Shown piece by piece: positions 52,960 to 62,802 of a DNA stretch of 64,000 nt. The notes beneath the pieces are model-generated. The model saw only the letters and a program-made list of their open reading frames with translations, searched no databases and was not told the DNA's origin. This DNA comes from Kiloniellaceae bacterium (lineage in GTDB: Bacteria > Pseudomonadota > Alphaproteobacteria > Kiloniellales > J153). A program made the translations under genes and the position numbers. Numbering within the stretch: position 1 is the first letter of the stretch; every line of letters begins with the position of its first letter. The stretch is taken from the NCBI GenBank assembly GCA_021776095.1, contig JAJFGO010000092.1:3188-67187 (forward strand). The letters run 5' to 3'.

Positions 52960-55900
52960 TTGAAGAAACTTAGTCTGAGCCTGCTTGGACTTGCCACCGT
53001 ACTTGTCGCGGCCCTCTTGATCGCGCCGAGCTTCGTTGACTGGAACGCCCATAAAGGGCGAATCGCCAAAGAGATTTTCGATTTGACCGGCCGCGATCTG
53101 GCGATCGACGGCGACGTCAGCTTGGCGATCCTGCCCGCCCCGGCCCTATCCGCCGCCCGCGTGCGCCTCGCCAATATCGAGGGCGGCAGCGCGCCCGCCA
53201 TGGTGGAATTGGATGCCTTGAAGGTGCGCATCGCCCTGCTGCCCCTTTTGCGGGGCGAGGTTCAGGTCGAGAGCGTCGATTTGGTCAGGCCGCGCATCTT
53301 GGCCGAGGTTCTACCCGACGGGCGCAAGAATTGGGAGATCGAGGCCGGCGGCGGCGTGGATCGGCCGGCGACGGATCCCGACGCGCCGGCCGGCGGCGTG
53401 GCCGGCGCCATCCGCCTGGACCTTGTGACCATCACCGACGGCACCTTGATTTACCGCGATGCCGCAGCCGGGCAAGAAGAGCGGATCGAAGGCCTGTACA
53501 CCGAGGTCGCCGCAGACTCCCTGAAAGGCCCCTTCGAAGCCAAGGGGCAAGCCAAAATCCGCGGCATGGTGACCGAATTCGATGTCAGTCTGGGCGGTCT
53601 TGTCAGCGCCGGGGCGACCCCGCTCAGCCTGACCCTTGGGGTGCCCGAGGCGGCCGCCACGCTTCAGCTGGCCGGCGCGCTCTCGCGCCACGGCGAACGG
53701 GTGTCCCTGCGCGGACGGCTCAAGGGGCGCGGCGAGAGCCTGGCGGCGCTGGTCGCCGCCTTACCGTTCGACATGTCTTTACCGCCGGTCTTCGCCCGGC
53801 CGTTCAGCACCGAAACCGATATCGCGGCCGACCAGGACGGTGTGGCGATCAGCAAGCTGTCGGTGCAGTTGGGCGATACCAAAGCGGAGGGAGACCTTCG
53901 CTTCACGCTGCAGCCGCGGCGCGACTTTCAGGCGAGCCTAAGCACCACGCAGATCGATTTGGACGCGCTCTTGGCGCCGCCGGCCGGCGGCGAGGCAGGC
54001 GCGACACCCAGCGGCGGGGCCGCCTCAACGTCCCAAGAGTCGCCGAGCCCGGCACCGGCCCCAACGCCGGACGAAACCGCGGCCCTATCCCTACCGGCGG
54101 ATATGACCGGATCCCTCGACCTGTCGGTCGACGCGGTGATCTATCGCGGCCAGGTGGTGCGTCAATTCATCCTGTCCCTGGCCCTGGCCGAAGGGCAGTT
54201 GAAGCTCAATCAGGCTCTGGCGCTTCTGCCCGGTGGGTCGGACGTATCCCTAAGCGGGGTCGTTTCCCCCATCGAGGTGGCCGGCCAGACCGACCTGCGT
54301 TTCGATGGGCGCCTGGAGGCTGGGTCGGACAATTTTCGCGGCATTCTCGATTGGCTGGGCATCGACGTGGCCCAGGTGCCGGCGTCGCGCCTGCGCAAGT
54401 TGGGCCTGATCACCAATATCGGCGCGACCCGAAGCACCGTGATGTTGAGCGATATCGACATGCGCTTCGACCTCACCCAGGTATCGGGTGGCGTCGCGGT
54501 GGCGATCCGCGACCGCCTGGGAATCGGCGTCGGGCTCGCGCTCGACAAGATTGACCTCGATGCTTATTTGCCGACGCCCTCAAGAGCGGCCCCGGCGAAG
54601 GACGCCGCACCGGAGGCCGGCGGCGCGCCCGACCCGGCCAAGACGACACCCGCCGGCCCGGCGCAAACGGCGACGGCGCGTGCCAGGTTCGCGGCACCCA
54701 GCGTCCTGGGCGACTTCGATGCCAATTTCGATCTGCGGGTCGGTCAGATGACCCTGCACGGCGCCTCGGCGGAGAACCTGCACCTGGACGCGACCTTGCA
54801 GCAGGGCTCAGTCGCGCTACGCGAGTTTCTGGTCGGCAGCCTGGGCGGCGCCAAGGCGCGCCTCGCCGGCACCGTCGCGGCCTTGACCACCACGCCCACC
54901 CTGGACCTGGCCTACAGCCTGAGCGCCCCCGACCCGGCACGCTTAGCCAAGGCTCTCGACCTGCCGCCGGGGCCCTTGGCCAAGGCCAAGGATCTAAAAC
55001 TCTCCGGAACCGTGAAGGGCCGGCAAGACGCGCTCGAGCTAACCAGTGGCTTGGAAATTCTAGGCGCCCGCCTGGAGGCACGCGGCGAGGTCATGCCCTT
55101 GAGCGAGCCTCTGCGCTTCGATCTGACCACCAGCGCCAAGCACGCCAAGCTGGCGCAACTGGCCGGCGTGTTGGCGCCCGATCTAAAGTTCGGCCCCAGC
55201 CTGGGCGCGCTCGACCTGCGCGCCAGACTGTCCGGGACGCCTCAAGATATTGCGGTCAGCGAACTATCGGGACAGCTTGGCCCCCTGACCCTGGAGGGAG
55301 GGCTTGCCGCGCGGCTCGGTGGGTTAGAGCCGGGGGTTAGCGATATCAATCTGGCGGTCGTCGCGAAGCACCGGGATTTGGCGGCCCTGACCGAGACCTT
55401 CGCGCCCGACGCCGGCTTGGCGCCCGGGCTCGGTCTCGATCTCAAGGCACGGATTCAAGGCGCGCAGGACACGCTCAACTTTAGCGACATCGCCGGTACG
55501 CTCGGCCCGACCGAGGTCAAGGGCACTGTCGGCCTGGACCTGACCGGCGCGCGGCCCATGATCACCGCCGATCTGGAAACCGGGGTCTTGCCCTTGGCCG
55601 CCTTTACCGCGCCAAGAGGCGAGAGCGCCAAGAAGGCCAAGGCAATCCAGCCGGCGGCGGCCGGCAAGTCGGCATCCGGCGGCAGTGCAGGCGGTGCCGA
55701 AGCCAAAGCCGCGGCGCGCTGGTCGCGTCAGCCGATCGATGTCGCCGCCCTGGGCCAGGTCGACGCCGACATCAAGCTGCGCGCGGCGGCCTTGGTGCAC
55801 GAGACCCATCGCCTAAACAATACCGTCATCGACGCCGCCTTGACGGAGGGGGTGCTCGACCTGCGCAAAGTTAACGGCACCTTCCACGACGGCGCCATCG

Positions 55901-56646
55901 CGCTCACCGGCCAGATCGATACCCGCGACGGGATCGAGGCCGGTCTCGCCCTGACCGCCATCGAGCTCAATCTGGCGAAGCTCGCCCAGGCCCTGGCGGA
56001 CAGCGACCGGGTGTCTGGGCCGCTCAACCTCGATGCCTCGATCACCGCCAAGGGCGCCAGCGAGGCGGCGCTGATCACCAGCCTGGCCGGCACCGGCAAG
56101 CTCGGCGGCACCGTGAACGTGAAGGTCAAGGCCGAGGAGCAGGTCGGCAATATCATCCTCGGCATCCTGGGCGAAAAGCTAAAGGAAGTGCGCGGCGTGA
56201 CCGAGACCACGAACGTGTTGTTCGGCGCCTTCGCCGGAACCCCGGCGGCGCTCGCCGGCACCTTCGTCATTAAGGGTGGCGTGGCCGAGACCCGGGATCT
56301 GCGCCTGGAGGGCCGCGAGGCGAACGCCCTGACCCAAGGCACGGCGGACCTGGCGGCCTGGAAGGTCGACACCCAGACCGAGGTCTTTAAAGCGGCCGAT
56401 CCAAACACCGCCTTCGTGACCGCCAAGCTGACCGGGCCGCTCGACAAGCCGAACGTGAAAGTCGGCGGCCTGCCGTTCCAGCGCCAGAAGCAGCCGGCGG
56501 CCCAGCCGGTTCTGCCGGTTCAACCGGCCCAGCCCGGCGCCGAAGCAACGCCGGCACCCGCGCAGCCCACCGCCCCGGCGCAAATCAAGCCCGAAGACAT
56601 CATCAAGCAGGGCCTGAAGGGTTTGTTGAAGGGTTTGACGCAGTAG
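52960..56646 (+). CDS. AsmA family protein (large envelope-spanning, lipid-transport-like)
   Basis: N-terminal anchor (LLGLATVLVAALLIAPSF) and AsmA N-domain (VDWNAHKGRIAKEI..GR.L.I.G.V), followed by a long beta-rich repetitive body and an AsmA_2-like C-terminus. TTG start as in the ORF track. Confidence 0.85.
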   Translation: MKKLSLSLLGLATVLVAALLIAPSFVDWNAHKGRIAKEIFDLTGRDLAIDGDVSLAILPAPALSAARVRLANIEGGSAPAMVELDALKVRIALLPLLRGEVQVESVDLVRPRILAEVLPDGRKNWEIEAGGGVDRPATDPDAPAGGVAGAIRLDLVTITDGTLIYRDAAAGQEERIEGLYTEVAADSLKGPFEAKGQAKIRGMVTEFDVSLGGLVSAGATPLSLTLGVPEAAATLQLAGALSRHGERVSLRGRLKGRGESLAALVAALPFDMSLPPVFARPFSTETDIAADQDGVAISKLSVQLGDTKAEGDLRFTLQPRRDFQASLSTTQIDLDALLAPPAGGEAGATPSGGAASTSQESPSPAPAPTPDETAALSLPADMTGSLDLSVDAVIYRGQVVRQFILSLALAEGQLKLNQALALLPGGSDVSLSGVVSPIEVAGQTDLRFDGRLEAGSDNFRGILDWLGIDVAQVPASRLRKLGLITNIGATRSTVMLSDIDMRFDLTQVSGGVAVAIRDRLGIGVGLALDKIDLDAYLPTPSRAAPAKDAAPEAGGAPDPAKTTPAGPAQTATARARFAAPSVLGDFDANFDLRVGQMTLHGASAENLHLDATLQQGSVALREFLVGSLGGAKARLAGTVAALTTTPTLDLAYSLSAPDPARLAKALDLPPGPLAKAKDLKLSGTVKGRQDALELTSGLEILGARLEARGEVMPLSEPLRFDLTTSAKHAKLAQLAGVLAPDLKFGPSLGALDLRARLSGTPQDIAVSELSGQLGPLTLEGGLAARLGGLEPGVSDINLAVVAKHRDLAALTETFAPDAGLAPGLGLDLKARIQGAQDTLNFSDIAGTLGPTEVKGTVGLDLTGARPMITADLETGVLPLAAFTAPRGESAKKAKAIQPAAAGKSASGGSAGGAEAKAAARWSRQPIDVAALGQVDADIKLRAAALVHETHRLNNTVIDAALTEGVLDLRKVNGTFHDGAIALTGQIDTRDGIEAGLALTAIELNLAKLAQALADSDRVSGPLNLDASITAKGASEAALITSLAGTGKLGGTVNVKVKAEEQVGNIILGILGEKLKEVRGVTETTNVLFGAFAGTPAALAGTFVIKGGVAETRDLRLEGREANALTQGTADLAAWKVDTQTEVFKAADPNTAFVTAKLTGPLDKPNVKVGGLPFQRQKQPAAQPVLPVQPAQPGAEATPAPAQPTAPAQIKPEDIIKQGLKGLLKGLTQ

Positions 56647-56663
56647 GAGGCTAGGGCGCCCGT

Positions 56664-57086
56664 TTAGCGGTGCGCGCGCCTGGCATGGTACGTCAGGGCC
56701 AGGGCGATGCAGTGCTTGACCGCCGCTTCTGGAATCTCGTCGTCGAGCGCGAAGACGATCGCCCGATTGCCCTGAAAGCTCAGGGTGTCGCCGTACATCT
56801 CGCGAAAGGTCGAGATCAGGCTGGTCTGACAATGAAAAAACATCGCAAAGCGATCAGCCTGGCCCTTTGCCGCGTCAATGCGGATCGTTGTGCCGCCCTT
56901 CGGGTTTTCGGTTAGGTAAGCGGGCTGACGCCACTTCAGGGTCTCGATCAGTTCGCCGACACCCTCGGTTTCCGAAGCCGTGGCAAAGATCAACTGCCGG
57001 AGTTTGAGCAGCCGGCCGCGCAGCTTCGTCGGATAGCCGTCGAACACCGCTTTGACATCGGGGTCATCGAAGCGCCGGTTTTTCAT
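56664..57086 (-). CDS. DUF1801 (YdhG-like) domain protein
   Basis: Its 140-aa size and the ..LRQLI...A.E.....E.LKW..P.Y pattern are typical of DUF1801. Confidence 0.7.
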   Translation of the reverse strand: MKNRRFDDPDVKAVFDGYPTKLRGRLLKLRQLIFATASETEGVGELIETLKWRQPAYLTENPKGGTTIRIDAAKGQADRFAMFFHCQTSLISTFREMYGDTLSFQGNRAIVFALDDEIPEAAVKHCIALALTYHARRAHR

Positions 57087-57627
57087 GCGCTATTCCAGAC
57101 TGCCATTGCCATCCTTCGCGATCCGCGCGATGACCTCGCCGAGTTCATCGGCTTGGGCAAAGGGCCCGCCCGTGACCTGAAGGACCAGAATCAGAACCGA
57201 TGCCGGCGTCAGACATCTCGTTGTAACTATACACTTATACACGTCCCTTTGTTTTCGAGTTCTATGGCTCCCTAACCAGGCATACCCTCTTCGTACTGGC
57301 CTAGGCAGCGCTAAAGTGGTCATAGGGCAAGCCACGCGGCCCTCGACTTGTCATTTTTAGCGGCCGAACGCTTGATCCTGAGTCAACGATTTAGGGCGGG
57401 GCCTAGTTGGGCCCGCGCGTCAGCCCTCCCGATCCGCTTGCCATGCCCCGAAGGGTGCTAAGGTCCGGCGCGGACGGCCGTGGTCGCCCCAAGAGCTCAG
57501 CGGCTGATTGTGCGGTGCGGCATGACTTTAACGTTACCCTCATTTCATTTGTCGAAACTTTGATCTGCGATCATATGAGGGCAGGCGTTCCAAGCGCGCC
57601 AACCACCGGCTTATGTGAGCTGAAACA

Positions 57628-60000
57628 ATGGCCGAAACGACGGAACGCGAGATCAACACAACGACCTACGATTGGTGCGTGAAGGCGTTCTCGATCGCCA
57701 AGGACCGGCTGGGCGTGAACCTCAAGGCCGACTGCTCGAAGGCGGTTATCGAGCAGGGCCAGATTTTCGTCTTCAATCACTTCGCACGCTTCGAAACCAT
57801 CATTCCCCAGTACATCATTCATCGCACGACCGGCGAATACGCGCGTTGCGTCGCCGATCACGAGATCTTCGCAAACGAGCGTTTCGGCAAGTTTCTCTGG
57901 AGCGTCGGGGCGGTTCCCAGCAATCACCCCGGACTGCTGCCTTACCTGGCGGCGGAGATCTTGCGCGGGCGCAAGGTCATCATCTTTCCCGAAGGGGGTA
58001 TGATCAAGAACCGCCAGGTGATCGACGGCGACGGCGAATACAATCTGACCTCGCCCTCCAAGGGCGTGATGCGCAAGCATCACAAGGGCGCGGCGGCCCT
58101 CGCCGTGACCTTGGAGCTCTACAAGAAACGCATTCTGACGGTTGAGGCGCGCGGGGAGCATGACCGCCTCCTGCGATGGGTCGAAGCGCTTGGGCTTGGC
58201 GACCTCCCCACCCTGATCGCGGCGGCGCAAAAGCCAACCTTCATGGTGCCTGGCAACATCACCTTTTATCCGATCCACACGGACGACAACCTTCTGCGCA
58301 AGAGCTTCGAATGGGCCGGTGTGGAAATGGGGCCGCAAGCCTCGGAAGAACTGCTCATAGAAGGCAACATCCTACTCAAGGAAACGGACATGGACATCCG
58401 TTTCGGCGAACTGATCAAGCCGTCGATTTCCTGGAACTTCTGGGAGCGCAGGCTGCTGCGGCGAGCCTTCGGGCGGGTCGAAAAGCTTGAGGACTTGTTC
58501 GGCCTGCGCCCGGACGCCGATCACTGGATTGACCGGGCCTTCGCCAAGACCCTGCACCGCGAAACCACAAGCCTGCGCGACGCGAGCATTCACAACATCT
58601 ATGCGCTGACCACGGTGAACCTCAGTCACCTCGCGTCCCGGCTGATCATGGCGCTGGTCAAACGCGGCACCGCGGAAATCGGTCAGGAGCGATTCCACCA
58701 CCTCCTTTTCACCGCCATAAAGAATGCACAGGCTGATTGCAGCCTCAACCTGCACCGAAGCGTCGACGACCCGGACGCGCACGAGAACATTCATTGCCGG
58801 TCTTGCGATTGCGCCGAGTTCGCCAGGTTCCTGAGCATGGCCATGTCAAGCGGCCTCGTCGAGCAGACCGAAGAAACTTATAAGTTCCTGCCCAAACTCT
58901 GCGCCGAGCATGGCTTTCACGAAGTGCGGCTGGAGAACATGATCACCGTATACGACAACGAACTCGCACCTGTCGCCGGCGCGTGCCGGGCGGTAGACGC
59001 GGCTCTCGACGGTGAAGCCGATCGCGATCCGGCGGTATTTTCCAACCTGCTGTTCGATGACGAGTTGCGGGCCTTCGAATGGGCGAAGACGAAGTACACC
59101 CAGGACATGCACCGCGACATAAACGATCGGATGACCGCCACCGAAGACGGCGCCCCATACCTATGCCTGCCGCAGCATGACGGTGCGGCACGGGCGCCGC
59201 TCGGCATCGTGCTGGTCCATGGTTTCCTGGCTTCGCCGGCGGAACTTAAAGGCTTCGGCGAGGACTTGGCGGCGCAAGGTTATCCGGTCGCCGGGGTTCG
59301 CCTGAAAGGCCACGGCACCTCGCCTTGGGACCTGCGGGATCGCTCCTGGCAGGAATGGCTGTCCTCGGTCCGGCGCGGCTGCGAGATCGTGGAGGGTTTC
59401 GCCGAAAAGACCGTGCTGGTCGGCTTCTCCACCGGTGGCGCGCTCTCTTTGCTCCTGGCCGCCAGTCAGCGCGAGAGACTGGCGGGTGTCGCAGCGGTCG
59501 CCGCCCCGGTGAAATTCGTCGACCGGAACTTTTTCTTCGTACCGCTCATCGACGGCCTGAACAGGTTCGTCCGATGGACCGGTGCCGAAGCGGGCGTGAT
59601 GCCTTTCAAGGAGTATGTCTCGGAGCACCCCCATATCAATTATCGCCATATCCCGATTGGCGCGCTGCGCCAGCTTCAACTGCTGGTCGATGAAGTCCAA
59701 AGACGCCTCGCCGAAATCGCCTGCCCCGTGCTCATCCTTCAGGGCGATCAGGATCCGGTGGTCAAACCGGAAAGCGCGCGAATCATCTTCGAAGGTATCG
59801 GCGCCGCCGTGCGGGACCTGCAGATGGTGTCCTCGACCCGCCACAGCATTCTCAACGAGGACATCGGCGAGACCCGGCAAAAAATCGCAAGCTTCATTTC
59901 GGCGCTCGCCCTGCCGGTGCGGCCCCCGGCCGCCAAGGGCCGGCGCAAGGCCGGCGATATATTCCGGCGCCCCCTAGCCGCGCACCACCGAGCCGAGTAA
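57628..60000 (+). CDS. fusion protein: PlsC-like lysophospholipid acyltransferase domain (N) + alpha/beta-hydrolase (esterase/lysophospholipase-like) domain (C)
   Basis: The N-terminus has acyltransferase block I as FNHFARFE (H51-x4-E56) and block III IIFPEGG (aa 118-124). The C-terminus (~aa 525-770) has LVHGF, the nucleophile elbow GFSTGG, and ILQGDQDPVV and TRHSIL as putative Asp and His. The ~400-aa middle is unrecognised. Confidence 0.75.
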   Translation: MAETTEREINTTTYDWCVKAFSIAKDRLGVNLKADCSKAVIEQGQIFVFNHFARFETIIPQYIIHRTTGEYARCVADHEIFANERFGKFLWSVGAVPSNHPGLLPYLAAEILRGRKVIIFPEGGMIKNRQVIDGDGEYNLTSPSKGVMRKHHKGAAALAVTLELYKKRILTVEARGEHDRLLRWVEALGLGDLPTLIAAAQKPTFMVPGNITFYPIHTDDNLLRKSFEWAGVEMGPQASEELLIEGNILLKETDMDIRFGELIKPSISWNFWERRLLRRAFGRVEKLEDLFGLRPDADHWIDRAFAKTLHRETTSLRDASIHNIYALTTVNLSHLASRLIMALVKRGTAEIGQERFHHLLFTAIKNAQADCSLNLHRSVDDPDAHENIHCRSCDCAEFARFLSMAMSSGLVEQTEETYKFLPKLCAEHGFHEVRLENMITVYDNELAPVAGACRAVDAALDGEADRDPAVFSNLLFDDELRAFEWAKTKYTQDMHRDINDRMTATEDGAPYLCLPQHDGAARAPLGIVLVHGFLASPAELKGFGEDLAAQGYPVAGVRLKGHGTSPWDLRDRSWQEWLSSVRRGCEIVEGFAEKTVLVGFSTGGALSLLLAASQRERLAGVAAVAAPVKFVDRNFFFVPLIDGLNRFVRWTGAEAGVMPFKEYVSEHPHINYRHIPIGALRQLQLLVDEVQRRLAEIACPVLILQGDQDPVVKPESARIIFEGIGAAVRDLQMVSSTRHSILNEDIGETRQKIASFISALALPVRPPAAKGRRKAGDIFRRPLAAHHRAE

Positions 60001-60041
60001 CCGTCGGCACGCAATGCATGCGCATGGCGCCACGCGACCGC

Positions 60042-60103
60042 TAGAGCAATATCTGAACGAATAGAACCGATACGGTTCGATTCGTTCAGATGAAATTGCT
60101 CTA
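60042..60103. repeat. long imperfect palindrome (hairpin 1) bounded by TAGAGCAAT/ATTGCTCTA
   Basis: TAGAGCAAT-at-CTGAACGAAT-a-GAACCG-ata-CGGTTC-g-ATTCGTTCAG-atgaa-ATTGCTCTA. AT-rich, located in a convergent intergenic region. Confidence 0.7.
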
Positions 60104-60116
60104 CTCTTCAATGAGG

Positions 60117-60181
60117 TAGAGCAGCCTTATCCAGTCCCTTGGATCGCTGAAAGCGAGTCCAATGGACCGGATGCTGCTCTA
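60117..60181. repeat. second long imperfect palindrome (hairpin 2) bounded by TAGAGCAGC/GCTGCTCTA
   Basis: The outer arms TAGAGCAGC / GCTGCTCTA enclose the inner pairings TCCAGTCC/GGACCGGA, TTGGA/TCCAA and TCGC/GCGA. The 3' arm overlaps the TAG stop (60179-60181) of the minus-strand gene. Confidence 0.6.
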
Positions 60182-60781
60182 GCGCGCTGAGATGGCCGCC
60201 TTGTCGACGAAGGACGCCGTCAATTCCGTGCCGTCGAACCGGTAGCGGACCTCGCTTGACGGTTGGTCGGAAAACAGATGCGAGAACTGGGCGATCGCGG
60301 CTTTGGGGTCTTGTTCATAAGCCTTGGAAAAAGCCATGTGGTCCTCGACCGCCTGCTTGATTTCGGCGGCGGCGATCAGTTCGCGAAACCGGTTCGAGAA
60401 TTCCGGGTCCTGGGCGAACATGGCCTCGATCCTGTCTCTATCCGGATGCCCATTGGTGACACGAACTTGCCCATTAGGGTCCACGGCCAATTCGGTAGGG
60501 TGGCCGGCATCGACTCCCATGGCCCGGAATTTATTGCCTAGTTGGTCGCCAAAGGCAGCCGCATTTGTCTCGAAAGACTCCAGGATGTCCGGCATGGGCG
60601 GCAGGGCGGCCAGTAGTTTCGTTGTCTCGCGGGCCGTGCCCGAGAGCTCCACACGATCCTCGATCCGCCGCCCTTGCGGCGAATCCGCGGCCTTTCGCCC
60701 AAGGTTGCCGAATATTCCGTGCGCCCTAAGACCTCCGGACGGGACGACCGCACTCGCGGGGGTCGTGGCCTCGATCGCCAT
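60179..60781 (-). CDS. hypothetical protein (200 aa), no family recognised
   Basis: ATG 60781 with an SD (gaagga). Coding-like composition. No signal peptide or TM. The track start at 60952 is an extension. Confidence 0.55.
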   Translation of the reverse strand: MAIEATTPASAVVPSGGLRAHGIFGNLGRKAADSPQGRRIEDRVELSGTARETTKLLAALPPMPDILESFETNAAAFGDQLGNKFRAMGVDAGHPTELAVDPNGQVRVTNGHPDRDRIEAMFAQDPEFSNRFRELIAAAEIKQAVEDHMAFSKAYEQDPKAAIAQFSHLFSDQPSSEVRYRFDGTELTASFVDKAAISAR

Positions 60782-61030
60782 GGCACTTTCCTTCAATCGG
60801 AACGCACAGTTTCGTCCTGTATCGCACCGCAAAATACGTGCCCATTCGCCATGGCGAACCGGCGTCGCCGCCCGCGATTGGCGCGCCGTCCACAGCCTTG
60901 TCATTGCGCCGGCCGGGCCGGGCGCTAGCCTGTCGTTGAACGAAAGACACAACGAGGAAGTGGGGCCGGTGACGCACTTGGTCCGCCTGAGGCGCTGCGC
61001 GCGCGGGACCGCCGAATGCGTCCTGTAAAA

Positions 61031-61047
61031 TCCCTGTTCAGCAGGGA
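61031..61047 (-). terminator. weak intrinsic terminator after the RHH gene
   Basis: The minus strand reads UCCCUG-cugaa-CAGGGA followed by UUUUAC, 29 nt after the stop at 61076. The stem is only 6 bp. Confidence 0.3.
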
Positions 61048-61075
61048 ATAACAGGGAACCCGAAATCGTCGTCCC

Positions 61076-61303
61076 TCACCGCCCGGCGCGCGCCTGTAGG
61101 TCGCTCAGGACCGCGAGGCGAAGCGCGCTCGACAGATTGCGCGCGCCCGCGTCGTCGCCGCGCGACCGGTCGATGTCTTCGACCAGGGCGGTCAGGGAAA
61201 TACCCTGGGCCTGGGCGATCGCTTTGAGCGCGTCCCAGAATTCTTCTTCCAAGCTGACGCTGGTCTTGTGGCCGGCGATCCGGATCGAGCGTTTGCGGAT
61301 CAT
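61076..61303 (-). CDS. ribbon-helix-helix domain protein (RHH_4-like)
   Basis: KRSIRIAGHKTSVSLEEEFWDALKAIA...GISLTALVEDID......NLSSALRLAVL matches my recollection of the PF13467-type RHH family. It starts 12 nt downstream of fumC. Confidence 0.7.
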   Translation of the reverse strand: MIRKRSIRIAGHKTSVSLEEEFWDALKAIAQAQGISLTALVEDIDRSRGDDAGARNLSSALRLAVLSDLQARAGR

Positions 61304-61315
61304 GCGCGCGACCGT

Positions 61316-62725
61316 TCAGGCCGAGGCCTTGGGGCCCAGCATGTCTTCCGGCTTGACCCAGTCGTCGAATTGTTCGGCCGTGAGCAGGCCGAGCGCCACG
61401 GCGGCATCTTTCAAGGTGGTGTCCTCGGCGTAGGCTTTCTTGGCCACCTTGGCCGCGTTGTCGTAGCCGATGTGCGGGTTGAGCGCGGTCACCAGCATGA
61501 GCGAGCGTTCCATCAAGGCGCGGATATGTGCCTCGTTCGCTTCGATCCCCTCGACGCACTTGGTGCGGAAGCTGTCGCAGGCATCGCCGATCAACCGGGC
61601 CGATTGCAGCAGGTTGTAGATCATCACCGGCTTGAAGACGTTGAGCTCGAAGTGCCCGTTCGATCCAGCCACCGTGACGGTCACATGGTTGCCCATGATT
61701 TGCGCGCAGACCATGGTCATGGCCTCGGCCTGGGTCGGGTTGACCTTGCCCGGCATGATCGAGGAGCCCGGCTCGTTCGCTGGCAGCAGCAGCTCGCCCA
61801 AGCCGCCGCGCGGGCCGCTGCCCATGAGGCGGATGTCGTTGGCGATCTTCATGAGCGAGGCGGCGACGGTGTTGAGCGCGCCGGAGGCCTCGACCACCGC
61901 GTCGTGGGCCGCCATAGCCTCGAACTTGTTGGCCGCGGTCTCAAAGGGCCGCCCGGTGATGCGCGCGACCTCCTGCGCGAAATCCTCGGCGAAACCCTCG
62001 GACGTGTTGAGGCCGGTGCCGACCGCGGTGCCGCCCTGGGCCAGGGCCTGGAGCCGGGGCAGAACCGCCTGGAGGCGCGCGACCCCCAGGGCCGCCTGGG
62101 CCCCGTAGCCGGAGAATTCCTGCCCCAGAGTCAAAGGCGTCGCGTCCATCAAGTGGGTCCGGCCGTTCTTGACGATGGCGGCGAAGGCCTCGGCCTTGGT
62201 GTCAAGGGCGACATGCAGGGCATCGAGCGCCGGTATGGCTCGCCCGACGATGACCTCGACCCCCGCGATGTGCATCACGGTGGGGAAGGTGTCGTTGGAG
62301 GACTGCGACATATTGACGTGATCGTTGGGGTGGACCGGCGCCTTGCCGCCGCGATGGCCGCTCAAAATTTCGTTGGCGCGCCCGGCAATCACCTCGTTGG
62401 CGTTCATGTTGGTCTGGGTTCCCGAGCCGGTCTGCCAGATCACCAGGGGAAATTCCTCGTTCAGGGTGCCGGCGGCAACCTCCTCGGCGGCGGCACAGAT
62501 CGCCTCGCCCAGCTTGGGGTCGAGCCGCCCGTGCGTCATGTTGGTGCGCGCCGCCGCCAGCTTTTGGATGCCCAAGGCCCGGATCAGCGCATCCGGCATG
62601 CGCTCGACACCGATCCGGAAATTTTGCAGCGAGCGCTGGGTCTGCGCGCCCCAATAGGCGTCGATCGGGACCGCGATCTCGCCCATGGAATCGCTTTCGA
62701 GGCGCGTGTCGGCGGAGTCGGCCAT
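61316..62725 (-). CDS. fumC: class II fumarate hydratase
   Basis: [15 protein letters not shown] signature, and aspartase/fumarase family motifs throughout ([23 protein letters not shown]). Confidence 0.96.
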   Translation of the reverse strand: MADSADTRLESDSMGEIAVPIDAYWGAQTQRSLQNFRIGVERMPDALIRALGIQKLAAARTNMTHGRLDPKLGEAICAAAEEVAAGTLNEEFPLVIWQTGSGTQTNMNANEVIAGRANEILSGHRGGKAPVHPNDHVNMSQSSNDTFPTVMHIAGVEVIVGRAIPALDALHVALDTKAEAFAAIVKNGRTHLMDATPLTLGQEFSGYGAQAALGVARLQAVLPRLQALAQGGTAVGTGLNTSEGFAEDFAQEVARITGRPFETAANKFEAMAAHDAVVEASGALNTVAASLMKIANDIRLMGSGPRGGLGELLLPANEPGSSIMPGKVNPTQAEAMTMVCAQIMGNHVTVTVAGSNGHFELNVFKPVMIYNLLQSARLIGDACDSFRTKCVEGIEANEAHIRALMERSLMLVTALNPHIGYDNAAKVAKKAYAEDTTLKDAAVALGLLTAEQFDDWVKPEDMLGPKASA

Positions 62726-62802
62726 GACAGCCTCCTGGATCGGTTCGGTAACGGTGCGGCGATACTAAACCCGGCGCCGGCCGGCGCAAGCTAAGCCGCC
62801 GG

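Noticed and set aside
57090-57335. 81-aa minus-strand ORF after the DUF1801 gene
   Set aside because: It lies in an AT-rich, non-coding-looking region with no SD and no family resemblance. Only the last ~27 codons look protein-like. At best it is a gene remnant.
60065-60090. GGTTCGATTC string resembling a tRNA T-arm
   Set aside because: The flanking bases do not form a T-stem, and there is no acceptor, D or anticodon arm. The string is part of the long palindrome at 60042-60103.
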